DNA from: a virus
Lineage: Duplodnaviria > Heunggongvirae > Uroviricota > Caudoviricetes
Length of the DNA stretch: 35,010 bases
Direction: 5' to 3' (one strand)
Virus record (IMG/VR): IMGVR_UViG_3300045988_019110
Location: 1 to 35,010 of that record
Shown here: positions 17,741 through 25,076 of the stretch, in pieces
Layout: every line of letters starts with the position of its first letter
Numbering within the stretch: the stretch's first letter is position 1
The notes under the pieces: model-generated
The model's database searches: none
What the model was told of the DNA's origin: nothing
Seen by the model: the letters and a program-made list of their open reading frames with translations, nothing else
Program-made: the position numbers and the translations under genes

Positions 17741-18223
17741 TTATTCTTCTTCGAAATACTTGTTCTTGATTGCCGTCAGGCGTTCCAGGTACTCGGCCAG
17801 GTCTTCGTCTTTAATCGCGGTAATCTTCATCTTCTTACCGGTGAACTCTTCCAGCAGTTCGTCGGAATCATCACACGCGGCATCGCTAGGACCTTCGTTA
17901 ATCGCATCGTCGATAGCCTGAATCTGGCCACGAAGAGACTTGTAATCGACTTCTTCTTTCTCTTCTTCCGGCTCTGGCGTCGGTTCCTCTACTTTAGCTT
18001 TACGCGGCTTGCGTTTTGGCTTCTCTTCTTCCGCCGGTTTGGTGTCAACGATGTCTTCACCTTCGACCGGGATTTCTTTTGTTGTCTCGATTGTTGCGGT
18101 TTGTTCAACGACCCCGGCGACTAATGCAGTTTTTGCAACATTAACTTGTTTTGCACTGTTCGCAGCAATCAGTTCATGTGCAACTACGAAACGTTCCAGT
18201 AATTTTAAAAATTGTTCTAACAT
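17741..18223 (-). CDS. acidic, low-complexity early protein of unknown function
   Basis: 160 aa, Glu/Asp-rich with a short basic KPKRKPRKAK patch; first gene downstream of promoter P3. Confidence 0.45.
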   Translation of the reverse strand: MLEQFLKLLERFVVAHELIAANSAKQVNVAKTALVAGVVEQTATIETTKEIPVEGEDIVDTKPAEEEKPKRKPRKAKVEEPTPEPEEEKEEVDYKSLRGQIQAIDDAINEGPSDAACDDSDELLEEFTGKKMKITAIKDEDLAEYLERLTAIKNKYFEEE

Positions 18224-18254
18224 TTGTTTCTCTCCTCTCGTTTGGTATGGGCTA

Positions 18255-18284
18255 ACTATAATAGCTAACTATTCAGGTTGTCAA
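18255..18284 (-). promoter_or_regulatory. sigma70-type promoter P3 (TTGACA-18-TATAGT) with palindrome in spacer
   Basis: On - strand: TTGACA, spacer containing GAATAGttagCTATT, TATAGT; divergent from the HTH gene at 18349. Confidence 0.5.
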
Positions 18285-18348
18285 TGGGCTTTCCTAAAAT
18301 AATTAATATGGTACTATTCACATATCAACTGACTAAGGAGTAATTGAC

Positions 18349-18564
18349 ATGCAACCATCTGAACTAGGCATCCGTGTAGAGCAACGCCGCAAAGAACTCG
18401 GCATCTCTCAACGCCGTCTGGCGGTCCTGGCTGGCGTTTCCCAGGGCGCGATTAATCAGCTGGCGCTCGGTGTAACTCAGGACGTACGCCCGGCAACACT
18501 GTTCAAGCTGGCGGAAGTGCTGGAAGTAGACGCCAAGTGGCTGGCGTTCGGTGAAGGGGCTTAA
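18349..18564 (+). CDS. XRE-family helix-turn-helix transcriptional regulator (Cro/CI-like)
   Basis: 71 aa; classic HTH GISQRRLAVLAGVSQGAINQL; AGGAG RBS; lone + strand gene between - strand operons. Confidence 0.7.
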   Translation: MQPSELGIRVEQRRKELGISQRRLAVLAGVSQGAINQLALGVTQDVRPATLFKLAEVLEVDAKWLAFGEGA

Positions 18565-18578
18565 GCCCCTTTCTTTTT
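18554..18578 (+). terminator. rho-independent terminator after HTH gene
   Basis: Palindromic GGGGCTTAAGCCCC hairpin overlapping the stop codon, followed by TTTCTTTTT. Confidence 0.5.
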
Positions 18579-18580
18579 AC

Positions 18581-20821
18581 CTATTCTAAATCCTCCTCTG
18601 TCACCACCAGCATTTCATTCGGCTCATATATCGTCTTTGGTCTTAATCTGTCACCCATCTTTTCCGGTATCCGGTAGGTGCCCGGTATAACTTCACCGTT
18701 AACATCGCACCCTAACATCAACTCACCGTCTTTCAGCATCTTCTCGAGATGATGGTTGGTTATGGCGTGGTCGCCCGAATTCGCCACTATCTGCCGTTGT
18801 GTAAAACCTCGTCCGGTGTCGTCTGACTGTTGCAGGTCCTCCAGCGCGGCAAGTATTGATTCCTTACGCCCTTCATCCTTTCCACGTTTTACAGCGTTCT
18901 TTACGTTTTCTTTACCTTCTTTCGTCAGCCCTTCTTCCCGCTCTTTCTCCTCGTCAGTTTTGAACGGCTCGAAACCCCACGGCATCAGCACAAGCGCCTT
19001 GTGCGGCTCAGGCAGGTCCAGGTTTACGATTGTGCCGTATTCCTCTGTGCTACCCAGGAACTCAACCGCACGGTACTCTTTCGGCGGTGGTGCTTCACGG
19101 AACTGTACCGACTCCAGCACCATGCCAACCGTCTTCTGTTGAGGCCCGTGCTTAAATTTAGAGTGGTATACGTTTATCTGACGGTCGGTAGCGCGTTCAA
19201 TTGTCAGTTCCACGTCAACGCCCGCATACAGCGCGCCGCTGCCACGGGCTTTCTTTCCGCCCTTCGGTGTGTGGTGAACAACACCTACCGCGGCTTTAGT
19301 CGCATCACGCACTTCTTTCAGGATGGCGATAACTTTACCCATACCGATTGCCGTTGATGAACTGTTCTCGTCAAACTTATCAATCGTCAGGGCCAGGGTC
19401 TGGTTGAGGGTGTCAAACGCGACCATGCCGATAGGTTCATCGCCAGCGGTTTCACGCATTAACTTAATCAGGTTTTTCAGTTTTCCGACTTCGCCCATGT
19501 CGATGACATGTACATAATCTTTACCTTCCTCTCCGTATTTAGCCGCGAGTGCATCAATACGTGTGCGGGTAGCCGCGCCACCCTCACCGTCGATATAGAA
19601 ATGGTGACAGCGCTGGGTATCCGCCCCTGCGAAGCGATAGCCAGCGGCGCTAAGGTACATCACCCCCAGCGTATAGAATGATTTGTACGTGCCAGATTCT
19701 CCGACGATATCCCAGATACAATCCGACGGCATGTACCCTTCTACGACGAAATCAGCCTTTACCGGTTCTGGTAATTCGTCCTCCTCGAAGTCCTCGTCGT
19801 CTTCCAGGTCGTCCAGGCTGCATGAAACGGATTCACGCGCACCCCATCCGATAGCCTCAGCCACTTCACTAAACGGCAGCCCGGTCGCGTCGCACGCATA
19901 CTTCCACACCTCTTTCGGTGACATGCCTTCGGTTGCCGTAATGTCGGTGTCGTGAATCATGGTTACGTTCGGTGCTTCGTAGCCCTCTCGCGGGAAACAC
20001 AGCAGGAAGTCGTCCGGCCGCGGTGTCGGGTCGCTGTAGTTTTCCGCATGTTCTGGTGTGGCGGGCATCTTAAGGCCGCGAGGTGTCATGACACCGCCGT
20101 ACTCAAAAGCCAGTGCCTCGAACGCGTCTGTAAACGCGGTGCGCAGTTCTTCCGGTATCTGGTAATCCGATGCGCTGCTCACCTCGTAATCCGGGATGCC
20201 TTCCAGTAACTCATCCGGGTCAATCAGGTCGTTGCGACGCGACCAGATAACCTGAGAGCCAACCGGCGGCAGGTACATCGGTTGGGACAGAGTAAACCCG
20301 CTGCGGTCAGCGCCCATGCCTTTGAAGAAGTGCTCCAGCAATCCATGACGAACACGGATGATGTCGCCACCCTCAACAGGACTGGCCAGCGGCATGACGA
20401 CACGAAAGCGCGGAGACTCATCGGTATGGGATGCCGTGGTATATAGGCACATCGCCTGGCGGCTGCGCTTAACCAGGCGCACAGCTTCCTGATACTCTTC
20501 CGGCGTTGCACTGTCGAAGTCCAGATACGCCAGCGACGATTTGCTTACAGACGCATCACAGCGATAGAAGAAGCCTTTACGCGCTTGCTTAAAGTCGCCG
20601 GTTTCCAGGTCTTTTACGGTGCTGTGAGTAGAGTCGCACGCGGCGGTGATATATCCCGGCGCGGTCTTCGGGTTAATCCCGTCTCGGACAGAATCGAGCG
20701 GCTGGATTAACTCTTTCAGGTCGTCCAGTGTTGCCGTGTGTGTAGTTCTGACGTTTATATCCTTTTTCTCTGCTCGCGCGTTGCGGCGTGACCACGAGTA
20801 GGATAAAATTACATCGGACAT
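18581..20821 (-). CDS. primase-helicase (AEP-type primase-polymerase N-terminal domain fused to RecA-like helicase)
   Basis: 746 aa; AEP-like motifs AYLDFD and TTASHTDESPRF; Walker A GESGTYKS and VVHHTPKGG-type helicase motif. Confidence 0.7.
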   Translation of the reverse strand: MSDVILSYSWSRRNARAEKKDINVRTTHTATLDDLKELIQPLDSVRDGINPKTAPGYITAACDSTHSTVKDLETGDFKQARKGFFYRCDASVSKSSLAYLDFDSATPEEYQEAVRLVKRSRQAMCLYTTASHTDESPRFRVVMPLASPVEGGDIIRVRHGLLEHFFKGMGADRSGFTLSQPMYLPPVGSQVIWSRRNDLIDPDELLEGIPDYEVSSASDYQIPEELRTAFTDAFEALAFEYGGVMTPRGLKMPATPEHAENYSDPTPRPDDFLLCFPREGYEAPNVTMIHDTDITATEGMSPKEVWKYACDATGLPFSEVAEAIGWGARESVSCSLDDLEDDEDFEEDELPEPVKADFVVEGYMPSDCIWDIVGESGTYKSFYTLGVMYLSAAGYRFAGADTQRCHHFYIDGEGGAATRTRIDALAAKYGEEGKDYVHVIDMGEVGKLKNLIKLMRETAGDEPIGMVAFDTLNQTLALTIDKFDENSSSTAIGMGKVIAILKEVRDATKAAVGVVHHTPKGGKKARGSGALYAGVDVELTIERATDRQINVYHSKFKHGPQQKTVGMVLESVQFREAPPPKEYRAVEFLGSTEEYGTIVNLDLPEPHKALVLMPWGFEPFKTDEEKEREEGLTKEGKENVKNAVKRGKDEGRKESILAALEDLQQSDDTGRGFTQRQIVANSGDHAITNHHLEKMLKDGELMLGCDVNGEVIPGTYRIPEKMGDRLRPKTIYEPNEMLVVTEEDLE

Positions 20822-20878
20822 ATTATAATTCCTTCAGCAAGTAATTTGGCCTCGGCGCTCTAACGTCGGGGCTTTCTT

Positions 20879-21112
20879 TTATTCCAGGTCTTCTAAAGTA
20901 GCGGTCATTCCGCGAACTTCAGCGACAGCACTATATTTCCCGCCGACATTTTTCACGACACCGGATTTAACCAACACCTTCAATGACCCTTCAATGATGG
21001 CGGAACTATAGTACTTAAAATAACTGCGGCGCAAGTCGATAACACTGCACGACCCTTTTTTACGTGTTAATGAAACGACCGCCGTAAATACGCGTGACTG
21101 GAACTCGGTCAT
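20879..21112 (-). CDS. hypothetical protein
   Basis: 77-aa ORF translationally coupled to the upstream HTH gene; C-terminus LEDLE. Confidence 0.4.
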   Translation of the reverse strand: MTEFQSRVFTAVVSLTRKKGSCSVIDLRRSYFKYYSSAIIEGSLKVLVKSGVVKNVGGKYSAVAEVRGMTATLEDLE

Positions 21113-21279
21113 TTCACGTTCTCCTTAATCCACGCTTCCACTTTCTCCGGGTCAAACGTACCTGGCTGCCGGCGGCCCATAATGCGGGTACAGCAATCAG
21201 GGAACTTCCCGCTCTTTAACCAGTTATTCAGCGTGCGACGAGTAACCCCGATGCGCTCTGCTACTTCATTCTGCGTCAT
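21109..21279 (-). CDS. AlpA-like helix-turn-helix DNA-binding protein
   Basis: Start re-set to ATG at 21279 with GAGGG RBS; MTQNEVAERIGVTRRTLNNWLKSGKFP HTH; candidate TTGATT-17-TATACT promoter upstream. Confidence 0.5.
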   Translation of the reverse strand: MTQNEVAERIGVTRRTLNNWLKSGKFPDCCTRIMGRRQPGTFDPEKVEAWIKENVK

Positions 21280-21620
21280 TCTCAAACCCTCATTATCAGT
21301 TAACAAAATCGAGTATACATTGCGAATAATGGGAAATCAAACATAATCGCACCTATTGACATTATGAAAATCTTCGTTTAAGGTGCTTCTATATCTTAGT
21401 TACTTTGATTCTTGTTCACCTTGTAAACCCCGCCGAAAACGAGCGCCCAACGCGAAGTGTTAGGCGGCAGTTTACTGAACATAAGAATTATCGTAACTTT
21501 CCTTCCTTAATATCTCCGGTTGCCCTGGGCAAGCTCTATTCTCATCGGCAGCATATCTCTTAAGTAACTGATTTTCTTAATGTACCGTAGATTCACAACC
21601 GTAAAAATGTAACCCTTACC

Positions 21621-21647
21621 GGGCAGGCTTAAGGCCTGCCCTTTAGT
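21621..21647 (+). terminator. terminator-like hairpin inside the 470-bp early intergenic region
   Basis: GGGCAGGC-ttaag-GCCTGCCC 8-bp stem followed by TTTAGTT on the + strand, with no + strand ORF upstream. Confidence 0.4.
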
Positions 21648-21713
21648 TACCAAGTAATAAGAATAAAGGCACAACCCTACCTGAAGAATCACAACGGCAA
21701 TGTAACTATTCTC

Positions 21714-21742
21714 TTGCACACCCCAACATAATAGGATACTAT
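21714..21742 (+). promoter_or_regulatory. sigma70-type promoter (TTGCAC-17-TACTAT) for rightward small-gene operon
   Basis: TTGCAC 21714-21719, 17-nt spacer accccaacataatagga, TACTAT 21737-21742; same element family as 23326, 34832(-) and window start. Confidence 0.45.
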
Positions 21743-21776
21743 TCACTTATCGAAACGAGACATAAGGAATTCAGAA

Positions 21777-21995
21777 ATGAACAAAGCGACCGCAAGCGTA
21801 GTTTCCGCAATCAAAGAAGTTTACGGCATCGATATTTCAGAGCGCGTAATTATCGGGAACAAACGCAACTTCTTTACGTTCGACACCGACGGAATGGATG
21901 AAAATGATTTTAACAACGTACAACGTTTCGCTAACGATAAAGGGCTTCGTAACGAGCCTGCGGGTTACAAGAAATTCGCTATCTACTTTAAATAA
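21777..21995 (+). CDS. hypothetical protein
   Basis: 72-aa ORF with aagga RBS, first gene after promoter. Confidence 0.45.
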   Translation: MNKATASVVSAIKEVYGIDISERVIIGNKRNFFTFDTDGMDENDFNNVQRFANDKGLRNEPAGYKKFAIYFK

Positions 21996-22004
21996 GACAG
22001 AGGA

Positions 22005-22199
22005 GTGAGGGTTATGTTTAAGAAGGGTCAGTTGGTTAGGGATAAAGTTAGCGGTGATTTATTCACTGTAATAGAGTCGAAGTTAATGTGGTTCGGTTTT
22101 GTAGAGGTTAATAGCGTAGCTGGGTTTGGTAAAGGGTTACTCCGTAAATGTGATTTAGAACTCATCGGCAACAATTTTAAATTCAAAGGGGCGAAGTGA
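22005..22199 (+). CDS. hypothetical protein
   Basis: 64-aa ORF with gaggag RBS. Confidence 0.45.
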   Translation: MRVMFKKGQLVRDKVSGDLFTVIESKLMWFGFVEVNSVAGFGKGLLRKCDLELIGNNFKFKGAK

Positions 22200-22438
22200 T
22201 GCAAATAATAATTACAGATAACACAGTTACCTACGAAAAAGGTGGCGACAATACTCTGGAGAGCATAGGCGTAAATATAGGTGACGTTTTTGATGTGCTT
22301 GGTACTGTATCGGGCGGCTGGTGGATTAAGGTTGGACGCAACAAAGTTCCGGTAACTAAGGCCGAAGCGGAAATATACACAACGGCATCGAATCATGATG
22401 CTCGTGCGGACGACTCTGAGGGAGGTTGCCGTAAATGA
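22196..22438 (+). CDS. hypothetical protein
   Basis: 80-aa ORF, start overlaps upstream stop. Confidence 0.45.
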   Translation: MMQIIITDNTVTYEKGGDNTLESIGVNIGDVFDVLGTVSGGWWIKVGRNKVPVTKAEAEIYTTASNHDARADDSEGGCRK

Positions 22439-22626
22439 GAATTCGTATAACTGATATTGATTATGTGGACCCGCGCGATGGTGACAATTTGCCGCTTAGT
22501 TACTGTGGTGTTGCCCTCGGTGATGAGTTCGAGGTTATCCATGCAGGGACTGACATGTTCATTATTGAGTATGTAGCGGGGTATATGGTCGTGCACTCCT
22601 GTGAATGCGAAGTTCTGGAGGACTAA
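22435..22626 (+). CDS. hypothetical protein
   Basis: 63-aa ORF, start overlaps upstream stop. Confidence 0.45.
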   Translation: MRIRITDIDYVDPRDGDNLPLSYCGVALGDEFEVIHAGTDMFIIEYVAGYMVVHSCECEVLED

Positions 22627-22629
22627 GTT

Positions 22630-22824
22630 ATGAACCCATATAACCAATTTCGTTTGCGCCGTCTGATTGGTGGTCTGCGCGCAGCCGAGTTTGTTGTTAA
22701 ATGCTGGGGGAAAGCTGAGATATCCTATAGACAGCCGTGGCATTTGGCTCACGCTAAGGCGGTAGCGCAGTACCGTGAGTACAAGTTAAACAGTTTCCTA
22801 AAGCACCATGGGGTCGAGTTATGA
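22630..22824 (+). CDS. hypothetical protein
   Basis: 64-aa ORF in tightly packed operon. Confidence 0.4.
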   Translation: MNPYNQFRLRRLIGGLRAAEFVVKCWGKAEISYRQPWHLAHAKAVAQYREYKLNSFLKHHGVEL

Positions 22825-22964
22825 GAGAAGCATTCGAACGGTGGGCTGTCGTTGAGGGCCTACCTGTTAACAAGGGTTCGAAGAAAGAGTACCTGAACGT
22901 TAAGACGCGTCTCGCGTGGCGGGCGTGGAAAGCTGGTGTGTTGTTTATCGCGAATCAGAGGTGA
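22821..22964 (+). CDS. hypothetical small protein (47 aa)
   Basis: ATG overlaps upstream stop (ATGA); fills the gap to the next gene; not in ORF track (<60 aa). Confidence 0.3.
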   Translation: MREAFERWAVVEGLPVNKGSKKEYLNVKTRLAWRAWKAGVLFIANQR

Positions 22965-22967
22965 GAT

Positions 22968-23165
22968 ATGGGTGAGTGGATTAAGTGCAGTGAGCGGATG
23001 CCAGGTGATTTTGAAGATGTGCTGGTTTCAGACGGGGTTGACGTTGAGGTGATGTGGTGGGATTGCGACGGTTTCTGGGATTGTTGGGCGCCGCGTAACT
23101 CAAATATCAGTAGTGAGGATGTTACCCACTGGATGCCGTTACCAGAGCCGCCATCGCTGGCGTAA
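22968..23165 (+). CDS. DUF551-like protein
   Basis: 65 aa with Trp-rich core and C-terminal HWMPLPEPP motif characteristic of DUF551 phage proteins. Confidence 0.5.
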   Translation: MGEWIKCSERMPGDFEDVLVSDGVDVEVMWWDCDGFWDCWAPRNSNISSEDVTHWMPLPEPPSLA

Positions 23166-23210
23166 CAGGTGGTGTAACAGGTCAATAGTTTGGGATTTTA
23201 CTGAGTGACT

Positions 23211-23240
23211 TACGCTGCTACACAGCAGCGTATCATTTTT
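23211..23240 (+). terminator. rho-independent terminator
   Basis: ACGCTGCT-acac-AGCAGCGT hairpin followed by a T-rich tract (atcatttttctcattttt). Confidence 0.5.
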
Positions 23241-23325
23241 CTCATTTTTGTTCTATTTCACCAAACGCAACAATCGAAGCGACTATTGCAGGAGATGCAA
23301 CAATACAAACACCAATAAAATTTAC

Positions 23326-23354
23326 TTGCACACTTATATAGAATAGGATACTAT
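23326..23354 (+). promoter_or_regulatory. sigma70-type promoter (TTGCAC-17-TACTAT) with perfect GAATAG-N4-CTATTC palindrome
   Basis: TTGCAC 23326-23331; TACTAT 23349-23354; palindrome GAATAGgataCTATTC overlapping the -10. Confidence 0.45.
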
Positions 23355-23385
23355 TCAGTTACACAAACGAGAGGAGAGGCAGAAG

Positions 23386-23535
23386 ATGGTTACTTTGATG
23401 ATTATGGAATTTGAAAACAGCACCGCAACTTATCGCGAGATGACTATGGTGCAGGCGTACCACCTGGCCTCAAACGGCAACTTCTACAAGGCTCAAATCA
23501 TCAACGAGTTTGGGGTGATTGACTATGAATTTTAG
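23386..23535 (+). CDS. hypothetical small protein (49 aa)
   Basis: ATG with GAGGAGAGG RBS; not in ORF track (<60 aa). Confidence 0.35.
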   Translation: MVTLMIMEFENSTATYREMTMVQAYHLASNGNFYKAQIINEFGVIDYEF

Positions 23536-23797
23536 AAGCTACACCGTTACCGTTGATTTTGAGGGGCTGGAATTGCCCCTCCCAAATAACTATCGGTATA
23601 TAACCCGTGACCGTTTCGGATTTATCCAGGGGTGGAGGAACAAACCAACAGACACTGAGTTTGGGATGTCGGGCGGAGAAGAGATGCCGATCACTTTCGG
23701 GCATCAGAGTAGCAACGAAGAACTTAAAACGGTTATTCGTAAGTATCGCCGCCGCGGTAACACCGGCCTTATAGCGATAACAGGCGCTGTTGAATAA
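23519..23797 (+). CDS. hypothetical protein
   Basis: 92-aa ORF (track start TTG; ATG at 23525 is an alternative start). Confidence 0.4.
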   Translation: MTMNFRSYTVTVDFEGLELPLPNNYRYITRDRFGFIQGWRNKPTDTEFGMSGGEEMPITFGHQSSNEELKTVIRKYRRRGNTGLIAITGAVE

Positions 23798-23816
23798 ACG
23801 AGAGGAGAGACAGAAG

Positions 23817-24503
23817 ATGAGTAGCAAAAACGAAGTATTCGAGTACCTGATTGACCAGTTACGGCAGCAGGTAACTAAGAAAGATGTCATATCTTTCAAT
23901 GTGTCTGTGCGTATATCCGACCTTGATGATGTCAAGCAGGTAATTCACAACCTACAGCAGCATATCGCCGGTAAGGACGATGAAATACGAGCGCTGAAAG
24001 ACAGTTTACGGCAGCAGGTAAATAACAGTCCGTACAAGCAACAGTGCGAAGACCTGGCGCATGAGGTGCAGTCACTCAAGAATCAGTTACGTGATGCGTC
24101 GGCGCGGATTAAGGAACTAACCTGTGCGCTGGATTGCGCTGAAAACGAGGTTATGTGTCTTCGTTCAATCGTTGACCTGGACCCTAAAGGCGCGATTGGG
24201 TACATCCGGCGGGCAAATAGTGCAATGACTGACATCCTGCGCCGCCAATACCTTAGCAAAGCACTTGAGGAACTCGGATGTAAGGATGCGCCAGAACAAT
24301 CCGGTCGCAGAAAAGAAGATACTCAGGGATGCGGGCATGACTGGGTTCTGGATGAAAAAGGGGACTACTTCGTTTGTGCTAAATGCGGTGAGCAAGAAGC
24401 TGAATTAGTTGATTGCCGGCACACTAATACCGTAGGTTTGCGTAAAGGTTTCGCCCCAGGGTTTACTAAAAAGTGTCTGGATTGCGGGGCTAAACTTAAA
24501 TGA
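23817..24503 (+). CDS. coiled-coil protein with C-terminal Cys-rich zinc-ribbon-like motifs
   Basis: Start re-set to ATG at 23817 with GAGGAGAG RBS; heptad-rich middle; CGHDW...CAKCG...C...CLDCG at C-terminus. Confidence 0.5.
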   Translation: MSSKNEVFEYLIDQLRQQVTKKDVISFNVSVRISDLDDVKQVIHNLQQHIAGKDDEIRALKDSLRQQVNNSPYKQQCEDLAHEVQSLKNQLRDASARIKELTCALDCAENEVMCLRSIVDLDPKGAIGYIRRANSAMTDILRRQYLSKALEELGCKDAPEQSGRRKEDTQGCGHDWVLDEKGDYFVCAKCGEQEAELVDCRHTNTVGLRKGFAPGFTKKCLDCGAKLK

Positions 24504-24703
24504 CCAGCATCCTCTTTATCTGGGTACTGTCCGGGGGCCAGATGCACCTCGCGGCAACAGAAACGTTTTATTCTATGGAGGCGTGCCAGTCAGCGGCACG
24601 CGCCGCAGAGAACGCGCACTTCCTGTTTCAGGGCGACAAGCCAAACGATTCAGAGGTACGTGCTATCTGCTCACCTAAGCGACTTGGTAAACAGGAGAAG
24701 TGA
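24500..24703 (+). CDS. hypothetical protein
   Basis: 67-aa ORF, hydrophobic N-terminus, coupled to flanking genes. Confidence 0.4.
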   Translation: MTSILFIWVLSGGQMHLAATETFYSMEACQSAARAAENAHFLFQGDKPNDSEVRAICSPKRLGKQEK

Positions 24704-24882
24704 TTATGGTACAGAGATATTCTAACAACGGTTTTTGTGTACCGGATGCCGACGGTAGATACGTCAAATACGAAGACTACGCGAAACTTGAAGCCGAGTT
24801 GCAGAAATACAAAGACCAGTTCCCGGGTTATGCCGAGTGCGCGAACTGTGGGTCAATTACACATGTGGAAGGGGTGGAGTGA
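24700..24882 (+). CDS. hypothetical protein, paralog A (MVQRY family)
   Basis: 60-aa ORF; shares MVQRY...VKY.DY..LEA.L with the next gene. Confidence 0.4.
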   Translation: MIMVQRYSNNGFCVPDADGRYVKYEDYAKLEAELQKYKDQFPGYAECANCGSITHVEGVE

Positions 24883-25076
24883 TGGTACAGAGATATGAGG
24901 TGAACGCGTGGGGCCGGCCAGAGCCTGAGATGGTTAAGTACGCATATGGGGATTATGTAGAATATGATGATTATCTTAAACTCGAAGCAAAATTACGTGA
25001 ATTCGCTGAACAGGTAATGTATGAACCTTGTTCTAAAGTTACTGAAGAGATGGCGCGTGAGATTCTCGGTATATGA
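24882..25076 (+). CDS. hypothetical protein, paralog B (MVQRY family)
   Basis: ATG at 24882 overlaps upstream stop (TGATG); N-terminus MVQRYEVNAW; tandem paralog of 24700..24882. Confidence 0.4.
   Translation: MVQRYEVNAWGRPEPEMVKYAYGDYVEYDDYLKLEAKLREFAEQVMYEPCSKVTEEMAREILGI

Noticed and set aside
18349-18564. Lysogeny module (CI/Cro switch with integrase)
   Set aside because: Only a single small HTH gene is present; no integrase, excisionase-integrase pair or attachment site was recognisable in the window, so a temperate lifestyle is not supported.
18756-20209. + strand ORFs antisense to the primase-helicase gene
   Set aside because: Contained within a long, motif-supported - strand gene; Ser/Arg-rich translations typical of antisense frames.
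21507-21746. 79-aa - strand ORF in the early intergenic region
   Set aside because: Starts inside the TTGCAC-17-TACTAT promoter, has no RBS, and its translation is hydrophobic and low in complexity; the region is better explained as regulatory DNA.
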